Source: Pedobacter sp.
Lineage (GTDB): Bacteria > Bacteroidota > Bacteroidia > Sphingobacteriales > Sphingobacteriaceae
DNA length: 64,000 bases
Direction: 5' to 3'
Assembly (NCBI GenBank): GCA_014378705.1
Contig: JACMND010000066.1
Location: forward strand, 27,260-91,259
Part shown: in pieces, positions 29,101 to 37,846 of the stretch
How the letters are laid out: every line of letters begins with the position of its first letter
Position numbering within the stretch: position 1 is the first letter of the stretch
Notes under the pieces: model-generated
Told to the model about the DNA's origin: nothing
Seen by the model: the letters and a program-made list of their open reading frames with translations, nothing else
The model's database searches: none
Made by a program: the position numbers and the translations under genes

Positions 29101-29892
29101 AACTATTATGGTCAGGGAAACTCGACTTTAAATGTTGGAGACGCTATTGACTACTATAGAATAAAGACTAAAAATTTAAGTTTGTCTTCTTACCTGCAAT
29201 ATAGATTTACGAAAGCATTTAAAGTTGGTATTGGACCTGGATACGAGTATTTCAGAGTTGAAAAACCGGAAAACAAATATATAACAAGCCCGGATTTCCC
29301 AGAGAAAGCTGATGTTGAAAATTCATCAAAATTCCTTTCTCTCAGATCATTCGCAGTAATAGATTTTGTAAACAACAGCTTATTTCCAAGCTCAGGGGTA
29401 CGATTAAGAATGGAAGCTAATTATTTAAATGAAATTAAGAATCAGTCAGATAAGTTTCTTCAGCTAAGATCAAGTTTCTCCTTTTATGCAACTCCAAATT
29501 TTAACTTTCCTATTACAGCGGCATTCAGATTTGGCGGAGCGACCAATATAGGTGATTACAAATTCTTTCAGGCCAACTCGCTGGGAAATAATTCAAACCT
29601 ACGAGGGTTCAGAAATAACCGGTTTTCTGGCCGCTCTTATATCTTTCAAAATTCTGAACTGAGGTTTAAGCTTACAAATTACCGGAACTATATTTTCACC
29701 GGCAATTTAGGTGCTTTCGGTTTCTTTGATTCTGGCAGGGTATTTTCAGATAACCCTGAACTTAGCACCTGGCATAAAGCTTATGGCCCGGGAATTTGGT
29801 TTAATTTTTACAATAAGATATTGCTTTCAGCAGGTTACGGAATATCAAAAGAAGGAAATTATATCAGCATTAAAAGTGGTTTAAGCTTTTAA
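26119..29892 (+). CDS. Large outer-membrane protein: N-terminal calcineurin-like metallophosphoesterase domain, unknown middle region and C-terminal Omp85/BamA-type beta-barrel
   Basis: 1257 aa with a signal peptide. Phosphoesterase motifs occur in order: GDAGNPD, GDNIYERG, GNHDW, HHPLYS and GHEHA. The C-terminal ~350 aa show alternating aromatic beta-strand patterns (NSNLRGFRNNRFSGRSYIFQNSELRF...), as in bacterial surface antigen (D15) barrels, and end in SF. Confidence 0.8.
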   Translation: MQIKFFPFALLFLSCIFFQGCTSLKPFYDKSQKKWEASHPPDSSKLKYSVFLIGDAGNPDKDKQEPVLKLLQSQLFPKDTLVTAGTVSDTVFINSSHPEDVVIFLGDNIYERGLPEENASDRKEKERRIISQMNVVKNFKGRSIIIPGNHDWNESSPGGLEAINRQEAFIQHYLDSADVFLPSNGCGGPVEIQLNKDLVVIVVDSEWWLTKYDKPLAPDNGCSAASRLDLIQQVEDIVIRNRGKNIVYAQHHPLYSNGRHGGNFTLKDYVFPLTLVRDNWYVPLPVIGSIYPLLRQYGVSRQDLSNKDYQQLKRGLLSVFEEQKNVVIAAGHEHALQLNKYKNINHIISGAGSKSTSMAKGKNALFAHGGGGSKGFARLNYYDNGQCWVEFWEPIGDGSTGKVIFRNPLYAIPPKNKEEIKEEKLISYKDSTRTVVAGSDYQAGKLKRWLFGEHYRDTWATPINIKYLDLSVFAGGLTPVKMGGGKQTTSLQLEGKDGNLYQFRTVDKDPAALLPEGFLKTFAEDLVQDQISSAHPYGALIIPVMAKAIGIYHTNPQLVYMPFSTLLGPYIQQVGGKLGIIEARPDEDVSDFKSFGNAKNAVSTAKMYKEVQRDNDNEVDQEMFLRARLFDLLIGDWDRHEDQWRWAEFKKTKGTLFRPIPRDRDQAFTKFDGIIPSLVSKVFPDIQSFKDQIKNPVDLSIASRNLDRNLLNKLSLDKWKETAKDIEIKLTDAVIEQAVAAMPVEVFKNSGQEIITKLKSRRAQLTKAAEEYYKELAKETSIAGSDKKEFILVNRQSESTHVTIYKIDKDEKLDNKIYDRVFDNNQTKEINLYALSGLDSIIITGYSLNAIKIRIVGGEGNDAFADQATNGRTLYYDLNTEQNNINKGKNTALRLSSKSWINKYDPNSFAYDKVGAKPFLDFNSDDGIFIGGGFGIKHFGFRKEPYSYDQSLVGNYAPKTGAHVIRYKANFYSLFARNFDVLLNAQYNGPLYTFNYYGQGNSTLNVGDAIDYYRIKTKNLSLSSYLQYRFTKAFKVGIGPGYEYFRVEKPENKYITSPDFPEKADVENSSKFLSLRSFAVIDFVNNSLFPSSGVRLRMEANYLNEIKNQSDKFLQLRSSFSFYATPNFNFPITAAFRFGGATNIGDYKFFQANSLGNNSNLRGFRNNRFSGRSYIFQNSELRFKLTNYRNYIFTGNLGAFGFFDSGRVFSDNPELSTWHKAYGPGIWFNFYNKILLSAGYGISKEGNYISIKSGLSF

Positions 29893-29921
29893 AAGAAAAG
29901 TTTTATCGTTCACATTCGCTA

Positions 29922-32723
29922 TCAAAATAAATCCAATTGTCCGTTGGTGTCTAAATCCACATCATCAGGATTTGTAATCTCCAGTTCAATTTTACGAGGT
30001 GTTTTTTGTTTAGCGTTCATATTTTCAGCTTCCGGCAAAGTAATATTATCTGCCGGTGTATTTTTATCCGTTTCCGGGATGTCCACAGCTAAACTTGACT
30101 TTTCTGAAGCCATGTGTTTAATCCCACCCTCATGTTCATCAAAAACAGTAGGGATTGTTTCTAAGGATATTTCAGCATTTGAATAAAATTCTACAGAAAT
30201 TGGTATTTGCACCGCAACCTCAGGTTCATTCTCTACAATCAATTCAATATTTCTTATTTCAAACGGGCTTAAGCGATTTCCCATGGCCTTCATTCCTTTC
30301 ACATCGATGGCCCCGGCAAGGTTAACTTCAATTATTTCAGGAGACTGTGCCTTTCCTTTAATAACTTCAAACGTCACTTTCGGCAATTTAGAACCGGATA
30401 TTAAAATCAATTTAGAGCCTGATTCTTCAGATATTATTACTGCTTTTTTACCAACTGGTATAATTTCAAAAATAAACCTCTTTAAGTAATAACTTTTTGA
30501 TTTACCATCTAAATGTATCAGGCTAAAAATTTTATTAGAATCATGTTTTTCAATGATTCTCAAATGATCATCAAAATGATTGCTTAGATCAAAGTTATTT
30601 AACTCGTAAACTCCGTCTCGGTTAAGTGTCAGTATCTTATCATTACCATCAAATTCACCAAGATATTTTCCCCTTCCGTCTATGTTCAACCGTTTTAAAA
30701 TTTCGTCGAACCAAATTTTGCGCCCGGCCAAAGTAGAAACGCCCTTACTTTTAAGAGTTACTTTTTTAATCGGAAATTTAGTAACGATGTTTCCCAAAGA
30801 ATTCCTGCCTTTTATAATTTGATGTGCAAAATCGAAATCAAATTGTAACTTCTTTAGTTTAGCATGCGGCTTTAACTGTATAGTTACAACTTCGGCCTCA
30901 CCATTTGGATTTGCTGTGAAATACAATAATTTTGAGCCCTTAGTCCCTTTCCCTGCATCATATTCTTTGTCGCGGTTCACACCCAAAACAGCAAATCTTT
31001 TTATAAAAGCGGCACCTGTTCCACCATCTTTATAAATTACATTGTAAACCGTCCGCTCATCGTTTTTCTTGAATACCTGAGCATAAATAATTCCCTTACC
31101 AACAAAGGTTTTATCTGCAACTTTAGACACGGTAAACTTTCCGTCTTCCCGAAAAACAATAATTTCATCCAAATCTGAGCAATCACAAATAAATTCATCT
31201 TTACGTAAGCCAGTTCCTATAAAACCATCTTCACGGTTTACATATAGTTTTACATTTGCTAAAGCAACTTTAGAAGCCTCTACTCTGTCAAAGGCCCTAA
31301 TTTCTGTCTTACGCTCCCTACCTGCGCCATATTTTGTTCTCAGTTTTTCAAACCAGAAAATTGTATATTCCGTTAGGTGTTTCAGATTTTTATTTACCTC
31401 TTTGATTTCATTTTCAAGAGATTTCATTTGCTCATCCGCCTTTTTAACATCAAAGCGGGTAATACTGCTCATTGGTTTATCAATCAGTTTTTTATAATCA
31501 TCGGCAACAATTTCCCTGTATAAACGAGATAAAAAAGGCGCAAACAGATTGGTTAAAACAACAAAAACAGTATCGAAATTACCCGAATTTTCATACTCAG
31601 GATTTTTATACATGCCCTCTTGAATAAATATCCTAAGCAAAGAACTAAAAAATATTTTTTCCTTTAGCTCGGCCAGCTTAATTTCCAGTTCCTGCTTTAA
31701 AAGAGATTTAGTATGATGCGTACTTTCTGTGAGAATGTCATTCACACTCATAAAATACGGCCTGTCGTTTTTTATGATGCAGGTGTTCGGCGATATAGAA
31801 ACTTCACAATCTGTAAAGGCATATAACGCATCTATAGTAACATCCGGCGAAATTCCAGCTGCCAGATGAATGACAATTTCTACTTCTTTAGCTGTATTGT
31901 CTTCTATCTTTTTAATTTTAATCTTGCCTTTGTCATTGGCGGCAATCACGCTGTCTATTAAACCTCCCGTAGTTGTTGTATACGGAATTTCGGTGATCGC
32001 AAGGGTCTTTTTATCTTTCTCAACAATACGGGCACGAACCCGGATTTTGCCCCCACGCATTCCTTCATTATAATTTGAGAAGTCTGCCATTCCTCCCATT
32101 TGAAAATCAGGTAATAGGGTTGAACTAATCCCTTTTAATACTTCAATAGAGGCATCAATCAACTCAATAAAATTATGGGGCATAATCTTGGTTGCCAATC
32201 CTACGGCAATACCATCAGCACCCTGAGCCAGAAGTAAGGGATATTTAACGGGTAAAGTTACCGGCTCGCGATTGCGGCCGTCATAACTACTTTGCCATTC
32301 GGTAGTATCCGGATTAAACACAACATCTAAAGCAAATTTTGACAAGCGTGCCTCAATGTATCTTGGGGCAGCGGCAGAATCTCCGGTAACGGGATCTCCC
32401 CAGTTTCCCTGCATATCTATCAGCAGGTTTTTTTGGCCTATCTGAACCATGGCATCACCAATTGAGGCATCGCCATGAGGATGGTACTTCATCGTGTTGC
32501 CGATTACATTGGCTGCTTTATTAAAACGGCCGTCATCCATCTCTTTTAAAGAATGAAGTATACGGCGTTGTACAGGCTTTAATCCATCAAAAATATGCGG
32601 AACAGCCCTATCAAGAATCACATAAGAAGCATAATCTAAAAACCAGTTTTCATATAAACCAGAAAGCGGGGTAACAGTATGTAAGGTTTCATCATCATTG
32701 ATGTGTTCAGTCTCGTCACTCAT
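29922..32723 (-). CDS. parC: DNA topoisomerase IV subunit A (GyrA/ParC family) with an acidic C-terminal tail
   Basis: 933 aa with LKPVQRRILH, KYHPHGD and the active-site Tyr context AAPRYIEARL. It is adjacent to parE. Confidence 0.9.
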   Translation of the reverse strand: MSDETEHINDDETLHTVTPLSGLYENWFLDYASYVILDRAVPHIFDGLKPVQRRILHSLKEMDDGRFNKAANVIGNTMKYHPHGDASIGDAMVQIGQKNLLIDMQGNWGDPVTGDSAAAPRYIEARLSKFALDVVFNPDTTEWQSSYDGRNREPVTLPVKYPLLLAQGADGIAVGLATKIMPHNFIELIDASIEVLKGISSTLLPDFQMGGMADFSNYNEGMRGGKIRVRARIVEKDKKTLAITEIPYTTTTGGLIDSVIAANDKGKIKIKKIEDNTAKEVEIVIHLAAGISPDVTIDALYAFTDCEVSISPNTCIIKNDRPYFMSVNDILTESTHHTKSLLKQELEIKLAELKEKIFFSSLLRIFIQEGMYKNPEYENSGNFDTVFVVLTNLFAPFLSRLYREIVADDYKKLIDKPMSSITRFDVKKADEQMKSLENEIKEVNKNLKHLTEYTIFWFEKLRTKYGAGRERKTEIRAFDRVEASKVALANVKLYVNREDGFIGTGLRKDEFICDCSDLDEIIVFREDGKFTVSKVADKTFVGKGIIYAQVFKKNDERTVYNVIYKDGGTGAAFIKRFAVLGVNRDKEYDAGKGTKGSKLLYFTANPNGEAEVVTIQLKPHAKLKKLQFDFDFAHQIIKGRNSLGNIVTKFPIKKVTLKSKGVSTLAGRKIWFDEILKRLNIDGRGKYLGEFDGNDKILTLNRDGVYELNNFDLSNHFDDHLRIIEKHDSNKIFSLIHLDGKSKSYYLKRFIFEIIPVGKKAVIISEESGSKLILISGSKLPKVTFEVIKGKAQSPEIIEVNLAGAIDVKGMKAMGNRLSPFEIRNIELIVENEPEVAVQIPISVEFYSNAEISLETIPTVFDEHEGGIKHMASEKSSLAVDIPETDKNTPADNITLPEAENMNAKQKTPRKIELEITNPDDVDLDTNGQLDLF

Positions 32724-32867
32724 CCTTATTATTGATTCTGTTTGGGATGGGTAAATATAAGTTTTCGGCCTAAATTAGTTCTGAAAACTTACTCACAGCA
32801 TATTAAACAAGTGCTCATTTTAATTTTAATACGAGTTAAATTTAGCAGGAAAGGGTGCCCGGATAAA

Positions 32868-34775
32868 TTATTCATCAAACACCGGCTCCTTCACTAAGGA
32901 TTGACCATTAATTATTTCCGGAACTAAATTTTCTTCCTGAATAAAATCCATTTCGACACGTAAATTTTTAATGATATGTTGCTGCCTGTCAGGTGTATTT
33001 TTGCCCATGTAATATTCAAGCAGGCTTTTGATACTTTGCTCTTTTGACATGATAACCGGATCTAAACGAATGTCTTTTCCAATAAAAAGCTCAAATTCAG
33101 ACGGTGATATTTCACCCAGACCTTTAAACCGGGTAATTTCTGGTTTATTGCCTAATTTGTGAATAGCTTTTTGTCTTTCTTCATCGCTATAACAATAAAT
33201 AGTTTCCTTTTTATTTCGCACCCTAAAAAGTGGTGTTTGCAATATAGAAACATGACCAGCTTTTACAAGATCAGGAAAAAACTGTAGAAAAAAGGTCATT
33301 AGCAACAGCCGGATATGCATCCCATCCACGTCCGCATCAGTAGCAACAACAATGTTATTGTACCGAAGATTATCTAATCCATCTTCAATATTTAAGGCAT
33401 GCTGTAATAAATTGAACTCCTCATTTTCATATACTATTTTCTTGGTTAGCCCATAGCAATTCAGCGGCTTGCCTTTTAAACTAAAAACTGCCTGAGTTTG
33501 TACATCTCTGGACTTTGTGATCGATCCGCTGGCCGAGTCTCCTTCCGTAATAAAAAGTGTTGTTTCTTGCTTACGTTCATGAGTATCTTCAAAATGAATC
33601 TTACAATCACGTAGCTTTCTGTTATGCAAAGAGGCCTTTTTGGCCCTGTCATTAGCGAGTTTTTTTATACCGGCAATATCTTTACGTTCACGTTCAGACT
33701 GCATGATACGTTTCAATAGTGAATCAGCGTCAGATGGGTGCCTGTGTAGATAATCGTCAAGCGATTTTTTTATAAAATCATGGATGAAAGTACGCACGGT
33801 TGGCCCTTCGGGAGCTATGTTTTGAGAGCCTAATTTAGTTTTTGTTTGTGATTCAAATACCGGCTCCTGAACACGTATTGAAATCGCAGAAACAATGGAA
33901 GCCCTGACATCAGCGGAATCAAATTCTTTTTTAAAAAACTCCCGTATTGTTTTGACAACTGCTTCCCTGAAAGCAGCCTGATGCGTACCTCCCTGAGTAG
34001 TGTGCTGTCCGTTTACAAATGAGTAATATTCTTCGCCGTATTGCTGCCCATGTGTCATGGCAACTTCAATATCTTCCCCTTTTAAATGGATAATTGGATA
34101 TCGGATGGTTTCAGAATCTGTATTCCTGGTTAAAAGATCATATAAGCCCCTTTCTGAAAAGAATTTTTTTCCGTTGAAATTAACCGTCAGTCCGGAATTA
34201 AGGAACACGTAATTCCAGATCATACTTTCCACAAATTCAGGAATGTATCTGTAGTGTCGAAATATAGAATCGTCCGGGTAAAAGATGACCAATGTTCCGT
34301 TGCGTTGTGTAGTTTCTATTTCCGGATGATCGGAAATTAATTCTCCCATTGAAAACTCAGCTTTTTTTGTCCGACCGTCACGAAATGACTGAACCACAAA
34401 ACTGGACGACAAGGCATTGGTCGCTTTTGTACCAACCCCGTTTAAACCAACTGATTTTTGGAAAGCTTTAGAATCATACTTGCCACCGGTGTTCATTTTC
34501 GAAACACATTCTACAACTTTTCCAAGCGGAATCCCACGCCCATAATCCCGGATCGAAACCTTTAAATCTGTAACTGTAACTTCTATTGTCCTGCCAGATC
34601 CCATCACGAATTCATCAATTGAATTATCAAGAATCTCTTTTAACAGCACATATATCCCATCATCATAAGCAGAACCATCGCCAAGTTTACCTATGTACAT
34701 CCCCGGACGAAGGCGTATATGCTCTTTCCAATCTAACGATCTGATATTATCTTCACTATATCCCAATTCTGCCAT
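32868..34775 (-). CDS. parE: DNA topoisomerase IV subunit B (GyrB/ParE family)
   Basis: It has GHKL ATPase motifs ([15 protein letters not shown]) and Toprim motifs ([24 protein letters not shown]). The start is set at the Met at 34775 ([11 protein letters not shown]...); the track ORF begins 9 codons earlier. Confidence 0.92.
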   Translation of the reverse strand: MAELGYSEDNIRSLDWKEHIRLRPGMYIGKLGDGSAYDDGIYVLLKEILDNSIDEFVMGSGRTIEVTVTDLKVSIRDYGRGIPLGKVVECVSKMNTGGKYDSKAFQKSVGLNGVGTKATNALSSSFVVQSFRDGRTKKAEFSMGELISDHPEIETTQRNGTLVIFYPDDSIFRHYRYIPEFVESMIWNYVFLNSGLTVNFNGKKFFSERGLYDLLTRNTDSETIRYPIIHLKGEDIEVAMTHGQQYGEEYYSFVNGQHTTQGGTHQAAFREAVVKTIREFFKKEFDSADVRASIVSAISIRVQEPVFESQTKTKLGSQNIAPEGPTVRTFIHDFIKKSLDDYLHRHPSDADSLLKRIMQSERERKDIAGIKKLANDRAKKASLHNRKLRDCKIHFEDTHERKQETTLFITEGDSASGSITKSRDVQTQAVFSLKGKPLNCYGLTKKIVYENEEFNLLQHALNIEDGLDNLRYNNIVVATDADVDGMHIRLLLMTFFLQFFPDLVKAGHVSILQTPLFRVRNKKETIYCYSDEERQKAIHKLGNKPEITRFKGLGEISPSEFELFIGKDIRLDPVIMSKEQSIKSLLEYYMGKNTPDRQQHIIKNLRVEMDFIQEENLVPEIINGQSLVKEPVFDE

Positions 34776-35035
34776 GTTTAATACAAATTTAATAGAATAC
34801 AAAGGTGCACAGTATAGTTAAATATTAACATTTAAACATTTTAAATCAGTATTTCTATCCGCGTTGTATACATTTTTATATTTCTATGTATAGGAAAATA
34901 GAATTAAATACTTGAGGCTTGCAAACCTAATTGTTTATTAATTTCTCATTGAATTACTAATCAGCACTTTAGTTTACCAACCTTTTTAATGGCATGTTAT
35001 TAGAATTAGTTTTTTTGTTAGCTAATCAATATCAA

Positions 35036-35197
35036 ATGAAAAAGCCAGCGATACCGCCTGAAAATTTACCCAAAAAAGAATGGGAAAATCCCATGAATCC
35101 GGAGAAAGCTGATGATCAGCGAGACCTGGAAAAATTGGAAAGGGCCAAAAAAGAAGCCGATAGAAGAAATAACAATTTAACAGAGGAAGACAATTAA
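35036..35197 (+). CDS. Hypothetical small charged protein (53 aa from MKKPAIPPEN...)
   Basis: Only the ORF itself supports this call. The sequence is low-complexity and Lys/Glu/Asn-rich. The track ORF starts at 34994. I recognise no family. Confidence 0.2.
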   Translation: MKKPAIPPENLPKKEWENPMNPEKADDQRDLEKLERAKKEADRRNNNLTEEDN

Positions 35198-35218
35198 ATA
35201 AACTAATTAACCCAAATC

Positions 35219-35371
35219 ATGAAAAAACAAAACCTTGCATCAGAAAAATTAATCGAGAAATTCGACAATCAATTACGTGATATTTTAGCAGCGGAATTGA
35301 GATCAGTGAGATATGCCAAAACAAAAATTATGAATCATCTTGGCATTCACAAGCACGCTCATGCTGTCTAA
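35219..35371 (+). CDS. Hypothetical 50-aa protein; below the ORF-track cutoff
   Basis: My translation is MKKQNLASEKLIEKFDNQLRDILAAELRSVRYAKTKIMNHLGIHKHAHAV. It lies 21 nt after the previous small ORF. I recognise no family. Confidence 0.2.
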   Translation: MKKQNLASEKLIEKFDNQLRDILAAELRSVRYAKTKIMNHLGIHKHAHAV

Positions 35372-35443
35372 ATTTTATTAATATTAACTACGATAGGACG
35401 TATGGAATAAGCCATACCGTTCTTTTTTAAAGATGAACCTGAT

Positions 35444-35947
35444 TTACCGGCCAAAATCGTCCTGTACCCTAATAATGTCTTCTTCGTCAGAAGGTACTTC
35501 CAGATTTGTGTGTTGCCATATTTCTGCCAACACAGACCAACCCTCCATACCAACCAGACGATGTCTCTCACCTTGTTCGAGTTTTATCAGACCTCCGCTG
35601 TACACCACAGATAATTCACCTTCAATATCCGTAAAGCTGGTAATGACACCCACTTTACCTTTTATTACTTTCCATATTTCTGCTCTGCGGTTATGATATT
35701 GCCAGGATAACCGTGTTCCGGGAGCAACAATTAATATCTTAGGGCTAAGTTTGCCTGAAATGCGCAATCCTTCTACAGGAATACCTTCAAAATAATGCAT
35801 AGCAAATTCTGTAGCCTGGTTTTCATTAATAACAAAAAAACCACCCCATGGGCGGTCTTGATCTTTAGAAATTATTTCAAACCCTTTAAGCTTTAAGTCC
35901 TTCTCTACCTCTATAAATATTTCTGATTTTGCAATTTGTTCTGCCAT
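35444..35947 (-). CDS. Cupin-domain protein, type II phosphomannose-isomerase C-terminal-domain-like
   Basis: DRPWGGFFV and LSWQYHNRRAEIWKVIKG...GERHRL match the cupin motifs of mannose-6-phosphate isomerase type II. The start is placed at the Met at 35947 (MAEQIAK...). Confidence 0.78.
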   Translation of the reverse strand: MAEQIAKSEIFIEVEKDLKLKGFEIISKDQDRPWGGFFVINENQATEFAMHYFEGIPVEGLRISGKLSPKILIVAPGTRLSWQYHNRRAEIWKVIKGKVGVITSFTDIEGELSVVYSGGLIKLEQGERHRLVGMEGWSVLAEIWQHTNLEVPSDEEDIIRVQDDFGR

Positions 35948-36006
35948 ACATACTCCTTTATATGATGGCAATTTACAACTGAAATCTTAAATAATCTAAA
36001 ACAAAA

Positions 36007-36037
36007 AGAAGCTGGCGGATAGTATCCGCCAGCTTCT
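36007..36037. terminator. Bidirectional intrinsic terminator (15-bp perfect arms)
   Basis: AGAAGCTGGCGGATA - G - TATCCGCCAGCTTCT, flanked by an A-run on the left and TTATTTT on the right. It lies directly downstream of the lipoprotein gene. Confidence 0.8.
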
Positions 36038-36069
36038 TTATTTTACTATCCGTTTTTTGAGATTTATTA

Positions 36070-36669
36070 TTATTGCACAACTATTTTTGGGCAACCAAAA
36101 CCACAAGTTTCAAAAACGCCACAACCCGTATTTGTACCTGATTTATAAATGGCTTCAGTATCCACATGTGTTACATTTTTCGTAATTACAAGCTTATAAT
36201 ACGATGATGCAGTTCCTGTGGTGCCAAAATCAAATTTAATATAATTCGCAGAAGAACAATCCTGACTTTTATCTTCCTTAAATTCAGGTGTAAATACAGT
36301 CCAGTTAGTTTTATTAGCGCTATAAGAGGCTTCAACAATATCTCCTAATAAAACACATTTACCTATATCAATTCCCCAATGACTCAGATCCTGTACTGTT
36401 CCACCACTACCATTTCCGGGGTTTTCGTTTTTAATCTCCCAAATCCATACATAGTTACCATTAGCATCTTTATATAAGTCTGAAATGTGAACATTATACG
36501 GGCTACTGGCTGAAATAGAGTTACCTCCAACTTCCATTTTTAATTTATCCGTACATCCTTCCATAACTAAAGGAGAGGCTGGAGTGTCTGCTCTTTTATC
36601 ACAACTTGATAAAGCAGTAAGGCCACCTAATAACAATAACAGTGACGAGGTTTTGATTAAATTTTTCAT
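36070..36669 (-). CDS. Hypothetical lipoprotein with a Cys-rich C-terminus
   Basis: 199 aa with the lipobox LTALSSC and seven Cys residues, including the terminal GCGVFETCGFGCP. It has its own AT-rich upstream region and a strong terminator. I recognise no family. Confidence 0.7.
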   Translation of the reverse strand: MKNLIKTSSLLLLLGGLTALSSCDKRADTPASPLVMEGCTDKLKMEVGGNSISASSPYNVHISDLYKDANGNYVWIWEIKNENPGNGSGGTVQDLSHWGIDIGKCVLLGDIVEASYSANKTNWTVFTPEFKEDKSQDCSSANYIKFDFGTTGTASSYYKLVITKNVTHVDTEAIYKSGTNTGCGVFETCGFGCPKIVVQ

Positions 36670-36910
36670 GAGTTTTAAATTAATTTAAAAAGCATTAAAC
36701 AACCTTGATGCCTTTTTAATTATAAAAAGAATGAATGTTTAAATTATATAAACAAAATTCAAATATGCTTTTAAAAGAGTCATAAAATAGTTTTACATAA
36801 TTATTAGTTAACATAAATGTGATATGAAAATTTCATATTAATTAATTTAAATAAATAGCGTTTCTCAAAGTGGTGAAAAATGAGAAAAATATTCCCTGAT
36901 TTTAAAGAAT

Positions 36911-37819
36911 TTAAGAATTGAAATTTTGTTCAGTAAGGTCGGAAATTGCCGGACCATTAATCAGTTTGCCTCTACAGGTAAACCTAGAGCCATGGCAAGG
37001 GCAATCAAAAGATTTTTCAGCGGCATTCCATTGAACAATACATCCAAGATGTGGACATATTGCCGAGTATTTATGGGTTTGGCCAGCTTCATCTTAATAT
37101 ACAGCATAGAGCTTAAGCCCGGATCTTAAGATCAACTCCCTTCTCCGGCAGAAAGTTCTTCTTCAGAATTAACACTTCCCCTGGCAATGTTATCTCCGTA
37201 TTGAGCAACCATATTTACTGCCTCAGAAATAAAATCACCTGTTACTTTTAAGGTAATTCTGGAAGGGTCATATAGCTTTTCCCATGAATTTTTATTTTCC
37301 AGAATTAGGTCATTGAGCAGGATTCCTGCTATCGTTCCATGTGTAATGCGTTTACCAGAGTCTCCTGTAACAATGTAAATATGTTTACTACCTGGGTTTT
37401 TACCAATAAAGCCCATCGCATCCAACGGTTCCATAACCTGCCCGGACCATTTATAAACCACATCTTTCAAATTGTTGAAACGCTCACGAAGCCAGGATTC
37501 AAGCCGGCTGTACCGCTCTGTTTGAGAAATGTCTTCTTTGTCATCCTGGCCAGTTTTATGATCCTCGCCTCCACAAATTAGCAGATCATTTTCGTTAGCA
37601 AAAGTTTGTAACCTGATATCATGATATGGCATGGTAATCCACCTCTGTCTCTTGATCACGAGATAAATTCTGAAATTTAATTGGTTCGGTTGAATCCAAC
37701 CAGTAAAAAATGGTGGCCCCTGATGTGGCTTTACCTTTTGGATTGTTTATCGGCAGATTCTCTGAAGAATCATAATTTGTTTCCATACAGAAAAGGGTTG
37801 AATATAAGTTAACAACCAA
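36911..37819 (-). pseudogene. Remnant of an FAD-dependent oxidoreductase / Rieske [2Fe-2S] fusion gene (YhfW-like architecture), with an internal deletion, a frameshift and a nonsense codon
   Basis: The N-terminal fragment (METNYDSSENLP...FYWLDS...ETEV) is joined out of frame to the late part of the FAD domain (PYHDIRLQ...LLICGGEDHKTGQ...), so the GxGxxG Rossmann region is missing. After ...LSAGEGS* a frame change gives ELILRSGLKLYAVY*. The sequence then continues DEAGQTHKYSAICPHLGCIVQWNAAEKSFDCPCHGSRF..., which has the Rieske CxH...CxxH motif, and ends at 36911. Confidence 0.85.
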
Positions 37820-37846
37820 AATCAGATTTCGACGGTTTTAGATGGT

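Noticed and set aside
32835-32873. A possible fourth, collapsed copy of the ~105-nt element (GTTAAATTTAGCAGGAAAGGGTGCCCGGATAAATT)
   Set aside because: Only the 5' box (GTTAAATTTAGCAGG) resembles the family. There is no inner hairpin, the 3' end differs (CCCGGATAAATT versus CGGGTTTATTT), and it overlaps the parE stop. The match is too short to call.
36926-37129. 67-aa + strand ORF
   Set aside because: It is antisense to the Rieske-domain remnant, which has a clear CPHLGC...CPCHG translation on the minus strand.
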